DNA of 63,831 bases, the filler included, from Xylographa opegraphella (lineage: Eukaryota), in the NCBI GenBank assembly GCA_022813865.1. It is 5 parts of 5 records of this genome, joined end to end, with 100 filler letters (N's around TTAATTAATTAA, not from the genome) between each part and the next. Parts side by side here need not be neighbours in the genome. Positions count along the whole stretch, not along the records: positions 29,079 to 42,982 come from JALDZX010000158.1; positions 43,083 to 56,740 come from JALDZX010000159.1; 3 more parts are not named here. One strand, 5' to 3'. Under the pieces are notes generated by a model, which was given only the letters and a program-made list of their open reading frames with translations, ran no database searches and was not told the DNA's origin. Each line of letters starts with the position of its first letter. Position 1 is the stretch's first letter. Below are positions 36,684 through 48,566 of the stretch, one piece after another. A program made the position numbers and the translations under genes.

Positions 36684-39578
36684 TGTTGAAAATAACGTTA
36701 TTTGATGAATATTTTTTATATTGTTTGAAAATAATATAAACGTTAATTTGCTTTTAAATTAACGTAATTATATATAAAGAATTTTTTTCACGTATTTTGA
36801 TAAATAATTCAATAAAATATCAATTTTATTGTATTAATTTTTTTTATATTAATTTTATTATATTAATTTTATTATATTAATTTTATTATAATAATTCTAT
36901 TATATTGATTTTATTATATCAGTTTTATTTACTTATTTTAGTTAATTATAAACCCGGGTTCGCGTAACGATTAAAATGATTAATTATAAAAAATAATTTA
37001 ATACTCGATAATTTACTACGAAACTCGATATTAATAAATACTACGATTATTTATTACGCGTTTTTTATAATGAAAGTAAATATATCTTTATTGAGCGATT
37101 TTCATTACGCGTTTTAAAAAAATTAAAAAATTAAAAAATTATTTATTACGCAATTTTTTTAATTAAAATATATATATATATATATTCGCGGTTATAATTA
37201 CGCGTTTTTAAAGAATAAATAATTTTTTATAACTCGAAAATTTATAATACTTGCGGTAATTCATTACGCGAAATTAATATATATAGATTTTATCAATAGG
37301 TTAATACGATAAGAAATATTTTATTTTAATAATATTTTTTATTGTGAATTAAATTCATATTGTTTAAGAAAATTACTTCGACGGGTTCGTATATAAAGTA
37401 TAACTCGACAAGTGATATTATATATTATAATTTGTTTATAAAAAGTTTCTCGTTATAAATTCCATCGATTTGTATAATTTTAAACGCTTTTTTTATTGAT
37501 AAAAATAATTTGTTTTTAATAATTTATTTTCGCAAAAAATTATTTTATATTCGAGTAAATATTTTATATAATCGAGTATCTATTTTGTATAATCGAATAC
37601 ATATTTTATATAATCGAGTATATATTTAACGTTTACGTCGCAATTGCTTTTATAAATTTTAATATTATTTTAATTAATAAGTAAATTTTAATATTATTCT
37701 AATTAATAATATAATTTTTTCAATTTTTTCAATTTTTTAAAATTTTTTAAATTTTGCAGTTATATTTAATAGCAATAAACGGGTCAAATGGATTAAAAAT
37801 AATATTAAAATACATTAATAAATAATTATTTATATTAATAATATCGATTCAAAATGCGTATAAAAACTTTTGATAATTAAAAATACATAAAACTTATTAA
37901 AACGTAAATATACGTATTTTAATTATTGAATCAATCGACAAGCAATGAATAATTTTATTAATTATCAAAAAAACTAAAAATAAATCGTAACAGTAAATTT
38001 TATATCAATGATTATTTTGAATGTTATTAATAAAATTTAATCACTTTTTTATTTTTCTTTTTTTTAAAAAGTATAAAATAGTTAAAAATAGTTTCAACGT
38101 ACAAAAATTTACGACGTTAAAAAGGAATCGTTAAATTATTGAAAAGAATACCCGTTTTAAAAATTTAAATAATATTATATTCTAAATTAAGCAAAACGAT
38201 CGCGGAAAAGAAAAAAATATATTTATTATTATTAAAGAATTTCGTTTAATTTAAACGATCGAAGCTTTATTATAATAAATTTAATGAATATTTTTTTATT
38301 AAAAAATATCGTTTAATAAACTATAAATATTTTTTTTCGCTAAAAAACAAATTAATACGAAACGTTTAAATAGCTTTATCAAATATAAATTATTTGACGA
38401 TAAAATCGTCAATAAAAATAAAGAAAGTTTAAAACACAATTGAAAAAAGTCATTGGGAATATAATAATGAAGATTAATTAAACGACCGCAAATTAACCAA
38501 TTTCAAATTTAAATTTAAAAACGAAACGATTGAAATTATTATTATTTTGAAAAATTTATTTATTAATTTTTTAAATTCGACTAAATAGTTAACTTCGACG
38601 CTTCTTTATATAATTAATTAATCTAAAAAAAATTTTAAATAAGTTTTTAATAAAAAATTAAAAACGTCGAATAAAAGTTTAAAAACATTGTTCATTAATT
38701 ACGCTGACACGATTATTATATAAATTAAATTTTTTAATTTTAATTTTTTTTATAAATTTGATTTTAATATTTTTTTTAACAAACGGTTATACAAAAAGAT
38801 TTACAAAGTAACTTTAATCTAAAAACTTATATAAATGAATCAAAACGGCAAATAATTAATTATTATTCGTAAAATAATAGCGTATATATCGTTAAAAAAT
38901 AATAAAAGAATTCGAAAATTTTATTTTAACGATATTTATTCGCAGTAAAGTCGAGTGTATATTATTTATTTAAAATATAAAAACGAATAAATCTCCCGGG
39001 TTTATTAACGTTTTTATATGTAACTAAAAATAATTTAAATCGTTAGTTAATAATATTAATTTTATATTTAATAATAAAGATTTACGTCGTTTAAAAACAA
39101 TAAATATATCTTCGAATATTATCGTTTCGCGTATTTAAAATACGTTAAAATAATAAATTTATGTAAAATAGTTAAAATTTAAAAATGAATTATCCATTTA
39201 TAAAATTTTAACGAAATTTAAGAAACTTACGTTTTTTTAAATTTCAAAGTTAAAAAACTACGTCGTAAATAAACGTAAATTTATAATATTTGCTTTATTT
39301 TTAATTAATATTTATATAAAATTTTATTAATATTTCGCGAAGACTATTTTTACTTTTTTTGTTATGAATAATTATTTCAGAAAGATTTAAAATATTTTGT
39401 TAAAATAAAAAATAAACGCGATTGCTAAGTTAAATAAATAAAAACGAATTATAAAATTTTAATTTAAAATAAAATTAAAAATATTTCGTAATAATACTTT
39501 TTTCAATTGAAATTTATTTTATAGCATTAAAAATAAATATTAAAATCAATTTATAATATATAATACCTTTTAAATTAA
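36684..39578 (+). mobile_element. RIP-degraded Ty1/copia element (5' LTR, PBS, internal region)
   Basis: Starts TGTTGAAAATAACG. PBS relic AATTATAAACCCGGG (36944-36958) is consistent with GGTTATGAGCCC after G>A changes. 3' extent uncertain. Confidence 0.7.
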
Positions 39579-39762
39579 TGTTACGGCTCATCAACTCACC
39601 ACACAAGCACGCCTAGAACGTAAGCTTTAGGTGGACGATTTCAACCCAGATTANNNNNNNNNNNNNNNNNNNNNNNCTCCATGGGCGAGACTATATACTA
39701 AAGGTGCTAGTCCTGATCCAGCCCGACCCCTATTACCTGTGACTGATGTCATAGCCGTCACA
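39579..39762 (-). mobile_element. Solo LTR, family B
   Basis: Reverse complement of 45330-45512 with a small N gap. Perfect TSD ATTAA. Confidence 0.9.
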
Positions 39763-39863
39763 ATTAATATGAAATAACGTTATTAAACGATTAATATAAA
39801 ATTTAAAAAATTCAATTCGCGTTAAATTTAAAAATATAAAGATTTTCGTCAAATTTTAAATAA

Positions 39864-39972
39864 TAATTAATTTAATTTAATATTTGATTAAAAATCGAAT
39901 CGATAATAAATTTCTAATTAATTTAATTTAATATTTGATTAAAAATCGAATCGATAATAAATTTCTAATTAA
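39864..39972. repeat. 50-bp perfect tandem duplication
   Basis: TAATTAATTTAATTTAATATTTGATTAAAAATCGAATCGATAATAAATTTC repeated twice. Confidence 0.85.
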
Positions 39973-40907
39973 CGATAAATTAATATTATTTCATATATCG
40001 AGTATATAAAAATTTAAAAATATAAATACTATTTTTATATTAATTCGAAATTATTGTTTTAAAAAAGATTAAATAAATTTATGTTACGCGATCGTATATA
40101 AAAATTTATAAAATATATTAATAAAATTAAGAAATAATAGCGTTTATAAATATCGAATTTTTAACGCGTTATTAAAAATTACGCGGTAAAATTTAAAGAA
40201 AATATATTCAAAAATCTATTGATTTTAAACCTTTAAAATAAACTACCAACTTTTTATTTATCAAAAATTTCATAAAGATTCTTTAAATATTATTTATAAA
40301 TAATATAAATATTATATAGATTAAAAAAAACTCGTCGAAAACTTTTAAATTTCTTTTTAAAATTCGTAAAGAATTTAAATAAATCATTACGCTTTAAAGT
40401 TTGTCGAATAAATTTTTTTATTTAAAAATTCTTTGCTAATTATTAAATCTTTTTTATATATCACGAATCAAATTTTTTATATATTCTTTATAAATAATAT
40501 AAATATTAAACTCGATCAAAAAAACACGGTAAAAGATTTTCTTTTTTTTAAAATTCGTAAAGAATTTAAATAAAAAATTACACTTTAATGTCTGTCGAAT
40601 AATTCTCTTTATTATTTAAAAATTCTTTATTAATAATTGAATCTTTTTTATATGTAACGAATCCCATGGGAAATAATTTAAATAATAAAAATATTTAAAA
40701 CGTATGGTGATTCGTCGAAATTCCCTTTTTTAACTATTCGAAAAAAATTCAGTCAAAATAATTTCGACAATATTGAATTATTATAAATCTTTTTCGCTTT
40801 AATTGTAATAAAGTTTATTATTAAAAAATTATTTCTTAATTTTAAAAAGAAATTCGACGAAGTAAACTTTATTAATTAAAATTTAAAAACAATAACAATA
40901 TTTGGAG

Positions 40908-42922
40908 TATTGCGATTTTAAATTTTATTGATATAACTTGATCAAAAATTTGGATTAAATTCATTAATAAATAAATAGAAAGGCATAGTAACAAACTTAT
41001 TATTTCTAAAGAGATAATAATTTTCGTACAGAGTTGTATTAAAGGTTTTTATTTTATAGAATAAATTATAACCTAAGTTAAATACGCCTTCTATAAAAAA
41101 GGGATTTTTTTTATTTTATATAAAAGTTCTGTTTAAGGTGCTCTTTATGCCTCGAGTATCTTTAACTTTAAATATTGAAGGTACTAAAAATATCGAATCA
41201 AGGTATATTCCATAAGCTAAAATTTTTAATTTTATTTTATTTTTTAAAACAAAATTAATACTAATTCCTTTTTTTAATTTTTAATCCCTAGAATTTTTTA
41301 TTTTTTTTATTTTTTTATTAAAAGTAAATTAAAAATATTAAATCATATTCGTCGCAAAGAAAGAGCGTAAAAAGTTCGCAACAAAAAATATTCGTAATGT
41401 ATTTTTATAATTATTGCGTAAAGAAAAGTTTATTGTATTAATTCTCGTTAAATTTTGATTTATATATTTATTATTTTAAGGTTAATTCTTTTTATTTTTT
41501 ATATCTTTTTAAGGCCGACTGGCGAAGAATAAAAAAAAGAATCGACAAATGAAACTTCGACGTATAAAATTTAAAAAGAAAATACTCGTTTCCGCGAAGT
41601 AGTTTAAAAGGCTAAGAAATAAATAATTAAATTTAGCTAAAATTAGCTTAGTAGAAATTTGAAATCATTTATTTGCGGGAGAAAGAAAAAAAACTTTTTC
41701 AATAAAAAATATTTAATATCGAGGCCCTGAAAAAGGATGAGCGCAGAAAGATTAAAATTTTTATTAGCGATTCCTTCGAGGTTCTGTTTTTTTATTTTTT
41801 CGAATTTCTTTTTTAATATTTTAAGTTTATTTAATAGAACTTTCGAAGAAACTTTTGATAGTTTTTAAAATTAATGAATAATCTCTACATATTATTTAAT
41901 TTAAAATACCTTTTTATTTAATTAAGTAATTTTGAGTTTAGTTATTTAAAAAAGAAATTATTTTAAATTTCTATTTCTTTTTTTGGTTATAACGAAAAGT
42001 TATTTGTAATAAAGTACTAAGATTCGCTGATTTTAATAAAAAGATATAAAACATTAAATATACTTTTGCGTTTTTAGGCAGATTAAAAAATTAATTAATT
42101 TATTTTTAAATTTATTTTATTAGAAACAATTCGACTTTAATATAATTAAATATCTTGCTTCGTTTTTTGTTCATTGTTGGATTTTTTATTTAAAAATATA
42201 CTTTATTCCCTTTGTTTGGCTAAGGTTCATTTTTCGATAATTCGATTTTAAAATTGAAAAATTGAAAAATTGAAAAATTGAAAAATTGAAAAATTGAAAA
42301 ATTGAAAAATTGAAAAATTGAAAAATTGAAAAATTGAAAAATTGAAAAATTGAAAAATTGAAAAATTGAAAAATTGAAAAATTGAAAAATTGAAAAATTG
42401 AAAAATTGAAAAATTGAAAAATTGAAAAATTGAAAAATTGAAAAATTGAAAANNNNNNNNNNNNNNNNATTGAAAAATTGAAAAATTGAAAAATTGAAAA
42501 ATTGAAAAATTGAAAAATTGAAAAATTGAAAATAATTTTTTAAGAGTATTATACGTTTCCTTTTAAAAATTTTATTGATATTATTGCTCTGTCGGCATTA
42601 AATTCTGGTTTTAATTCTTTAAATATATTTGAATATTATTTTAAATTCGCAAAAAAATCTATAAAATTAATTATTGTAAATTATTTATCGTTCAATGCCA
42701 GTTGTTTTAATAATAATAATAATATTTAATTATTATATCTAAAGTTTATATAGTACTTTAAATATGTTTTTAAATTTTTGTTTATTCGTGTAATTTGTTT
42801 ATTAATTTATGGATAATAAGCTACTAATATTTTTAATTGGATTTTGAATTGAAGTATTAAAGTTTTTTAGAAATTCAATATAAATAATTTATATTTATTT
42901 AATATTGTTTTTATTAGAAATT
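40908..42922 (-). mobile_element. Second copy (3' LTR + integrase end) of the 8888-14126 gypsy family
   Basis: Colinear with 8888-10600; shared AAGGCCGACTGGC, CATATTCGTCGC and TTCGCTGATTTTAA. Confidence 0.85.
42251..42533. repeat. (AAAAATTG)n octamer expansion inside gypsy integrase relic
   Basis: More than 30 perfect units with a small N gap; absent from the homologous copy near 10150. Confidence 0.93.
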
Positions 42923-42982
42923 TGTTGAAAATCAGGGCGTTAGCAGTCTGTGTTGTTGGTCCTTTACTATAGCCGATTAGGC
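42923..42982. mobile_element. Family E LTR end (copia-type TGTTGAAA terminus), cut by contig end
   Basis: Exact reverse complement of 51530-51589. Confidence 0.82.
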
Positions 42983-43082
42983 NNNNNNNNNNNNNNNNNN
43001 NNNNNNNNNNNNNNNNNNNNNNNNNNTTAATTAATTAANNNNNNNNNNNNNNNNNNNNNNNNNNNNNNNNNNNNNNNNNNNN
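42983..43082. other. Artificial contig linker
   Basis: N-TTAATTAATTAA-N. Confidence 0.97.
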
Positions 43083-43143
43083 ATCGCTCACCTATAGCTG
43101 TGGTTCTAGGCCTGCTTTTCTGGTGAGATAGCGAGCCGTAACA
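43083..43143 (+). mobile_element. Family A LTR, 3' part, at contig start
   Basis: Matches 724-784 with one difference; ends GCCGTAACA. Confidence 0.9.
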
Positions 43144-43283
43144 GTTGCGATCCGCGTATCAAGCGCTTAATGAATATTATAATTAAAGTATTTTAATATT
43201 AAAATTTGATAAAAAAAATAAAATCCCAAGGGTCGTTAATAATTATTATTATATATTACAATATATATATATCTCGAATTTTT

Positions 43284-43602
43284 TGTAACGGTGGGGTTCT
43301 CTTAGACAAGGGGCAGAATAGTGACAGCGATTAAAAATGTTTAAAAAAGTAAAAGTGAAAGAGGTTATTTATTTAAAATTAGCTATTTCCTTCGATATAT
43401 AAATTAAATATAATCAAAATTTTCAGAACTTCTGCTATAATTATATAATAACCCCGTTATTATAATAATAATAATAATAGTCGTTTTAGTATCTTACGTT
43501 TATACTACGATTATTATTACTAACTATTCGATTTAGGCTATTTAATTGTCCGGGCTGCCCTCCAGGGTCTTACCCTATCATGGTACTTGACGGTCCGTGA
43601 CA
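43284..43602. mobile_element. Solo LTR, family C (319 bp)
   Basis: TGTAACGG...CCGTGACA termini with TSD TTTTT. GC-rich ends and AT-rich centre. Confidence 0.8.
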
Positions 43603-44651
43603 TTTTTGTACGTTTCACGTTATTTATAAAAAAGATTTTAATAAATTAATTATATTTTGCAGATTATACGTTAAATATACTTTTAGTAAACGATATAGAA
43701 CGTTATAATTTATTAATTAAATTTATATTTCATTTTTATAATAAAATTTACGTTTTGATTATGTAATTTACTTATTATAAATTATAAACTATTTGTATAT
43801 TTCTTTATATACGTAATACGTTTAACGGAGGTTTTTAATCAATTTATTTACTTATTATTTATATATAAACCGTGACGAAGCGCGTAATTAACGAGACTTT
43901 ATCGAAATATATTAATAAAATTTATGAAATATATTAATAAAATTTATATAATATTTAATAAAAATTTTATAATTTAATTTTTATTACCCTCGTTATCATA
44001 TTTCGTCGTTTAATAAACCCAGAGTTTTATTAATATAAAAGTTTTTTATTCTTTATTTTAATTACGTATTATATTTACGTAATTATAATACAAACGTTAT
44101 ATTTTAAATTTAATTATGAATTAACTGAAATAAAAATCGAATAATTTTAATAAACAAAATTTTTATTCGTAAACCCGCACGTTTTGCAATAACGTTTTTC
44201 GTTAAATTAATATAATTTAATTATTACGCTATCGCTTTCAATGAGCTCGCATTGAGTGTTATTACTGCGTTGCAGTAATAATAAAACGATGAATTATATT
44301 TTTACGCGATATTCGACGTTAATAATTATTTTTATAATAACGTGGCGATAAAATTTAATTAATTCAACAGAACGCGTTATTATAAAATACGCGAGTTCAT
44401 AAATAAAGAGTTTATTTATTGAAATTATTACTGTTTCATTTTCAGACACACTCGATTGTTATTTAATTTAATTTGCATTTAAATTTAAATTTTAACGCCT
44501 GCGTTATAGCTACGTTAATATAATACGTATTTGAAATAAAAAATAATTTTTTTAATATTTATAAAGTTTTAATTTACTGTGCGACGAAATATAATAATAA
44601 AAATAATAAAAATTAAATTATAAATATTTTGCTAATTATTATATAAATCTC

Positions 44652-44834
44652 TGTTAAAAGGTACGATGGGTACTGAAGCGCAGTGGTCATTCTAGCAGAA
44701 TATATGGGTAAACAAGTGTGTTGTATTAGCTATGAACAACTACGAGACTATATGCTCGCGCACTAGCGTCACCGGGCCTATGGCGGCCCGAGCTCTCGCT
44801 ATCCTGCAGGCAGGCCGGGACTCTATTTCTAACA
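44652..44834. mobile_element. Solo LTR, family D (183 bp)
   Basis: TGTTA...TAACA termini, perfect TSD ATCTC, normal GC inside an AT-rich tract. Confidence 0.88.
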
Positions 44835-45329
44835 ATCTCGTTAATATATTGTGGTAAAATCTCGTTAACTATGCGCTTTGCTGGCGTTTTATATATAAAT
44901 AATAAATGAATATATTTATTAAAAACTTTGGTTAAAACGTACTACGCGGGCGAAAAATTTTACGAAAAATTTACAAATTATAATAAATAAATTATATAAT
45001 AAAAATATAAATTTTATTATAAAAATATAAATTTAATTAATAAATTATAACGTAATACGTTATTTAATAAAAATGTATTTAACGCGTAATTTATAAAATA
45101 TTATCGATTTATCGAATTTTTTTTATAAATAACGAGAAATATATAGAAAACGTTAAAGAATATATACGCGAGTCATAATACATAATAATAATTATTAACG
45201 ATTTTTAAAATTTAATTTTTTTAATAAATTTTAACTTTAAAATATTTTAAATATAATATTTATTACGCGTTTGGTACGCAAATCGAAAATTTTAAATATT
45301 ATATTTAAAATTTTAAATTCGAGTATTTA

Positions 45330-45512
45330 TGTGACGGCTATGACATCAGTCACAAGTAATAGGGGTCGGGCTGGATCAGGACTAGCACCTTTAGTATATA
45401 GTCTTGCCCATGGAGCAGCCTCACCGCTTCTCCATCTTAATCTGGGTTGAAATCGTCCACCTAAAGCTTACGTTCTAGGCGTGCTTGTGTGGTGAGTTGA
45501 TGAGCCGTAACA
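45330..45512 (+). mobile_element. Solo LTR, family B (183 bp)
   Basis: TGTGACGGCT...AGCCGTAACA, perfect TSD ATTTA. Confidence 0.92.
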
Positions 45513-47198
45513 ATTTACGCGAAAGCGATAATTATATCTTAATAAAAAATTGATTTTATATTTAAATAAGGTTTATTTTTAACTATAAAAAAATTACGTT
45601 TTTATTAAAATTTTTTTTATATAATTTGAAAAAACGAACGCGTATATTAATATATTAAATAAAAAATTATTTTATTCGTATTAAAAATTCAAAATACGTA
45701 TATATATCGAAGTAATAACACTTAGCTATAAATTTATTAAAACGTATTTAAAATATAAATTGCAAAATTATCCAAATACGAAGAATTTATTACTTTAAAT
45801 ATAAAAATCGAAAATATATTTATTTTAAATATAATTAATCGATAAACAACTGGCTTTATAAATCTGCGACAGAATTAAAACAAAAATAAAATTCCGGCCA
45901 AAATATATAATGTCGAGCAAAAAAAAACAATAAATTCTGGAGAAAATAATGAATAAAATCACTATATTATTAAACGCGAAAAATATATATATAACGCCAT
46001 CGAAAAAGATTATAAAAACCGTTTATTAAAGCGAATAAAATAAAAAATAAATTAAATATTAAGAAAAATATCGACGCAGCGCTGTTTTCTTAACGAAAAA
46101 ACGATAAAATTAAAAAACAAATTTTTTATAAAATAGCAAATACGTTAGCGATATATATTAAAATAGAAAAAATAAATTCAAAAATAAAATTATTATTAAA
46201 AAAATTTCCATTATAAATTATAATATAAAATTAAAAATTACAATTAATTACAAATAGTTTAATACGTATTATCGTAATACCAAGTTTAAACGACGTTAAA
46301 AAAACGTATAAAAACGATTTAAATATTATTGAAATTTTAAATTATCAAAAATTAATTAAAATTACTATAAAACTTCGAGCGACGGTTAAAATATTAATAT
46401 ATTCAAAATTATTAGAATAATTTTTAATAACGAGAATACTTTTTTACGAAAGCGATTAAATTAATAAATAAATCAATACATAAAACAGCGCAACCGCGAC
46501 GATAAATATATATTTATAAATTAAAAAAAATTTCCTTAAAAAGTTTTATTTATAAAATTAATAAATAAATTTCTTGATAAATCGATTAAAATCGATATTA
46601 CAAAGTGTATAAATATTATTGTTATTATTACGTTATCGCGAAAACGATTATTAACGTTAAATATCGCGTAAAAATATAATTCATCGTTTTATTATTACTG
46701 CAACGCAGTAATAACATTCAATACGAATTTATTTAAAAAAAATCAAATAATAATAAAATTAAAAACTTTGTTTTCTTTTTTAATAGTTAATTGTTAAAGT
46801 TAAAATAAAATGAATTCAATATTATTAATCGCAATTTATTCTATGAAATCTTTAAAGAATATAAAAATGCATCGAACGAATTAATTATATAAAATCTCGT
46901 TAAAAATTTATATAAATCAAAAAATTAAATTCAAATTATAAAATTCAAAACTCGTGATAAAAATCGAGTTCATATTTTATTAAAAAAATAAAAAAACTCA
47001 TTAAAAATTTTTTTAAAGCGATTTTTTATATATATATATTGAATTATTCAAATCGATTTTTTTTACAACGAATAAATTTTTTCTCGAGTTTATCCCTTTG
47101 TGAATTTTTTAATTTTCAAGTAATTATATTCGTTTCGAGGATTTTTTTACGAGAGCGTTTTTTTTCAATCTCGAATTTATAAATTTTTATTTCAATAA

Positions 47199-47401
47199 TA
47201 AAATATTCATTATTATTACAAAACTTTAAAATTAAGTTCTTATTGAATAAAATTTTTTAAATTTCCATAATTGTTTCAATTATTTTAATTCATTAAAAAA
47301 TATTCATTATTATTACAAAACTTTAAAATTAAGTTCTTATTGAATAAAATTTTTAAAATTTCCATAATTGTTTCAATTATTTTAATTCATTAAAAAATAT
47401 T
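47199..47401. repeat. 98-bp near-perfect tandem duplication
   Basis: AAATATTCATTATTATTACAAAACTTT... repeats at a 98-nt offset. Confidence 0.88.
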
Positions 47402-47746
47402 AATTTGTTATATATCGCAATATTTAAAATAAAAGAAGTATAAAACGAAAACGAATTAAAATAATTATAAATAATAAATATTACAAACTGATATGCATTA
47501 TATTAAATTGATTCACCAAATTATATGAATAAACTGTACGAGGTTAACTATAAACTTATTTTACTAAGGCGCGTCGTCATCATACGGCAGGTTCCAGAAA
47601 TGTCCTCACACGCCTTGTCCCCTTTACACAACCACGTTTATTACTGACAACGTACTATTTCCTCGGCCATTTAAAGACAAGTGTTTGCTCAGGATCTGCC
47701 CACAACAATTTGTTATAAGCTCGTATTGCATCCTTTCTGCACACCA

Positions 47747-48039
47747 ATGGTAAGGTGTTCAAAGCTGCGTGTTTCTGATATTCTACTAATTTACTGTAGA
47801 CGCAAACACCACAACAACGGAAAGCGAACGAGCGGTATGCTAAGCTGGAATCGGCGAAGCGGGGAAAACCAGAAAGTGCAATCAAGCAGAAGCAGAAGTT
47901 CAAGCAGCCTATATCGCCTTTGTGGATCGGTATGTCTACTTCTTCACCTGCGCCCACAAAGTCTTATAGTGAAGTAGGTCTACTAGTGTTTGTCCTGTGT
48001 GGTGGCCTGATTTTTGAGTTGATACGAGTTTTCTTTTGA
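47747..48039 (+). CDS. YSY6: RAMP4/Ysy6-family ER translocon-associated tail-anchored protein (64 aa)
   Basis: Exons 47747-47749, 47800-47929 and 47978-48039 with GT-AG introns give MTQTPQQRKANERYAKLESAKRGK...PISPLWIGLLVFVLCGGLIFELIRVFF*. Confidence 0.92.
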
Positions 48040-48566
48040 GCATGTCCTATTGATTGGTGGTATTCAGGAGCAGGTGTGCTAGAATTACGCATTGTAGTAG
48101 TAAGGACCTTCTGGTATTGATGGCTACATCTGGAACACTCTCGCCAGCAATATGGTTGATGCCTTCACAGTATCACTGTAGTCGATGTGCGGCGTGACTC
48201 CATTTTAATACCCCTCGGCAACAAAGGCCTCTGGCTCAAGCTCGTAAAGTTGCTTTGCTATCAGACCTCAACTTACATAAGCATGCAAGGTAGCATCTTT
48301 TATATTCCCAGGCGCGTCGGGTACAATTCTGAACCAGTATGACTTCCTCTGTCCAATCATTCTGTTTAGCAAACGACCTTGTCAGCGAAGCGTTCTACCT
48401 CAAGGGATTATTAGTACCTGCGCTTCCTTCTCCAACTTCCTAGAATGGACGTATATCCATAAAGTGCCACTTCCGACTCCTCTCCAAGATACAGAATCGA
48501 CTTCAATTGTTAAACGCCATAATTGATCGATCACTGGCCATGATTGACGTCTTCAGTTAGTTTCAA

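Larger units (their letters stand above)
44240..46733. mobile_element. RIP-degraded DNA transposon with about 110-bp terminal inverted repeats (possibly Mutator-like)
   Basis: 44240-44350 is the reverse complement of 46622-46733, differing mostly by transitions. Two solo LTRs are nested inside. TSD not found, so the superfamily is uncertain. Confidence 0.65.
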
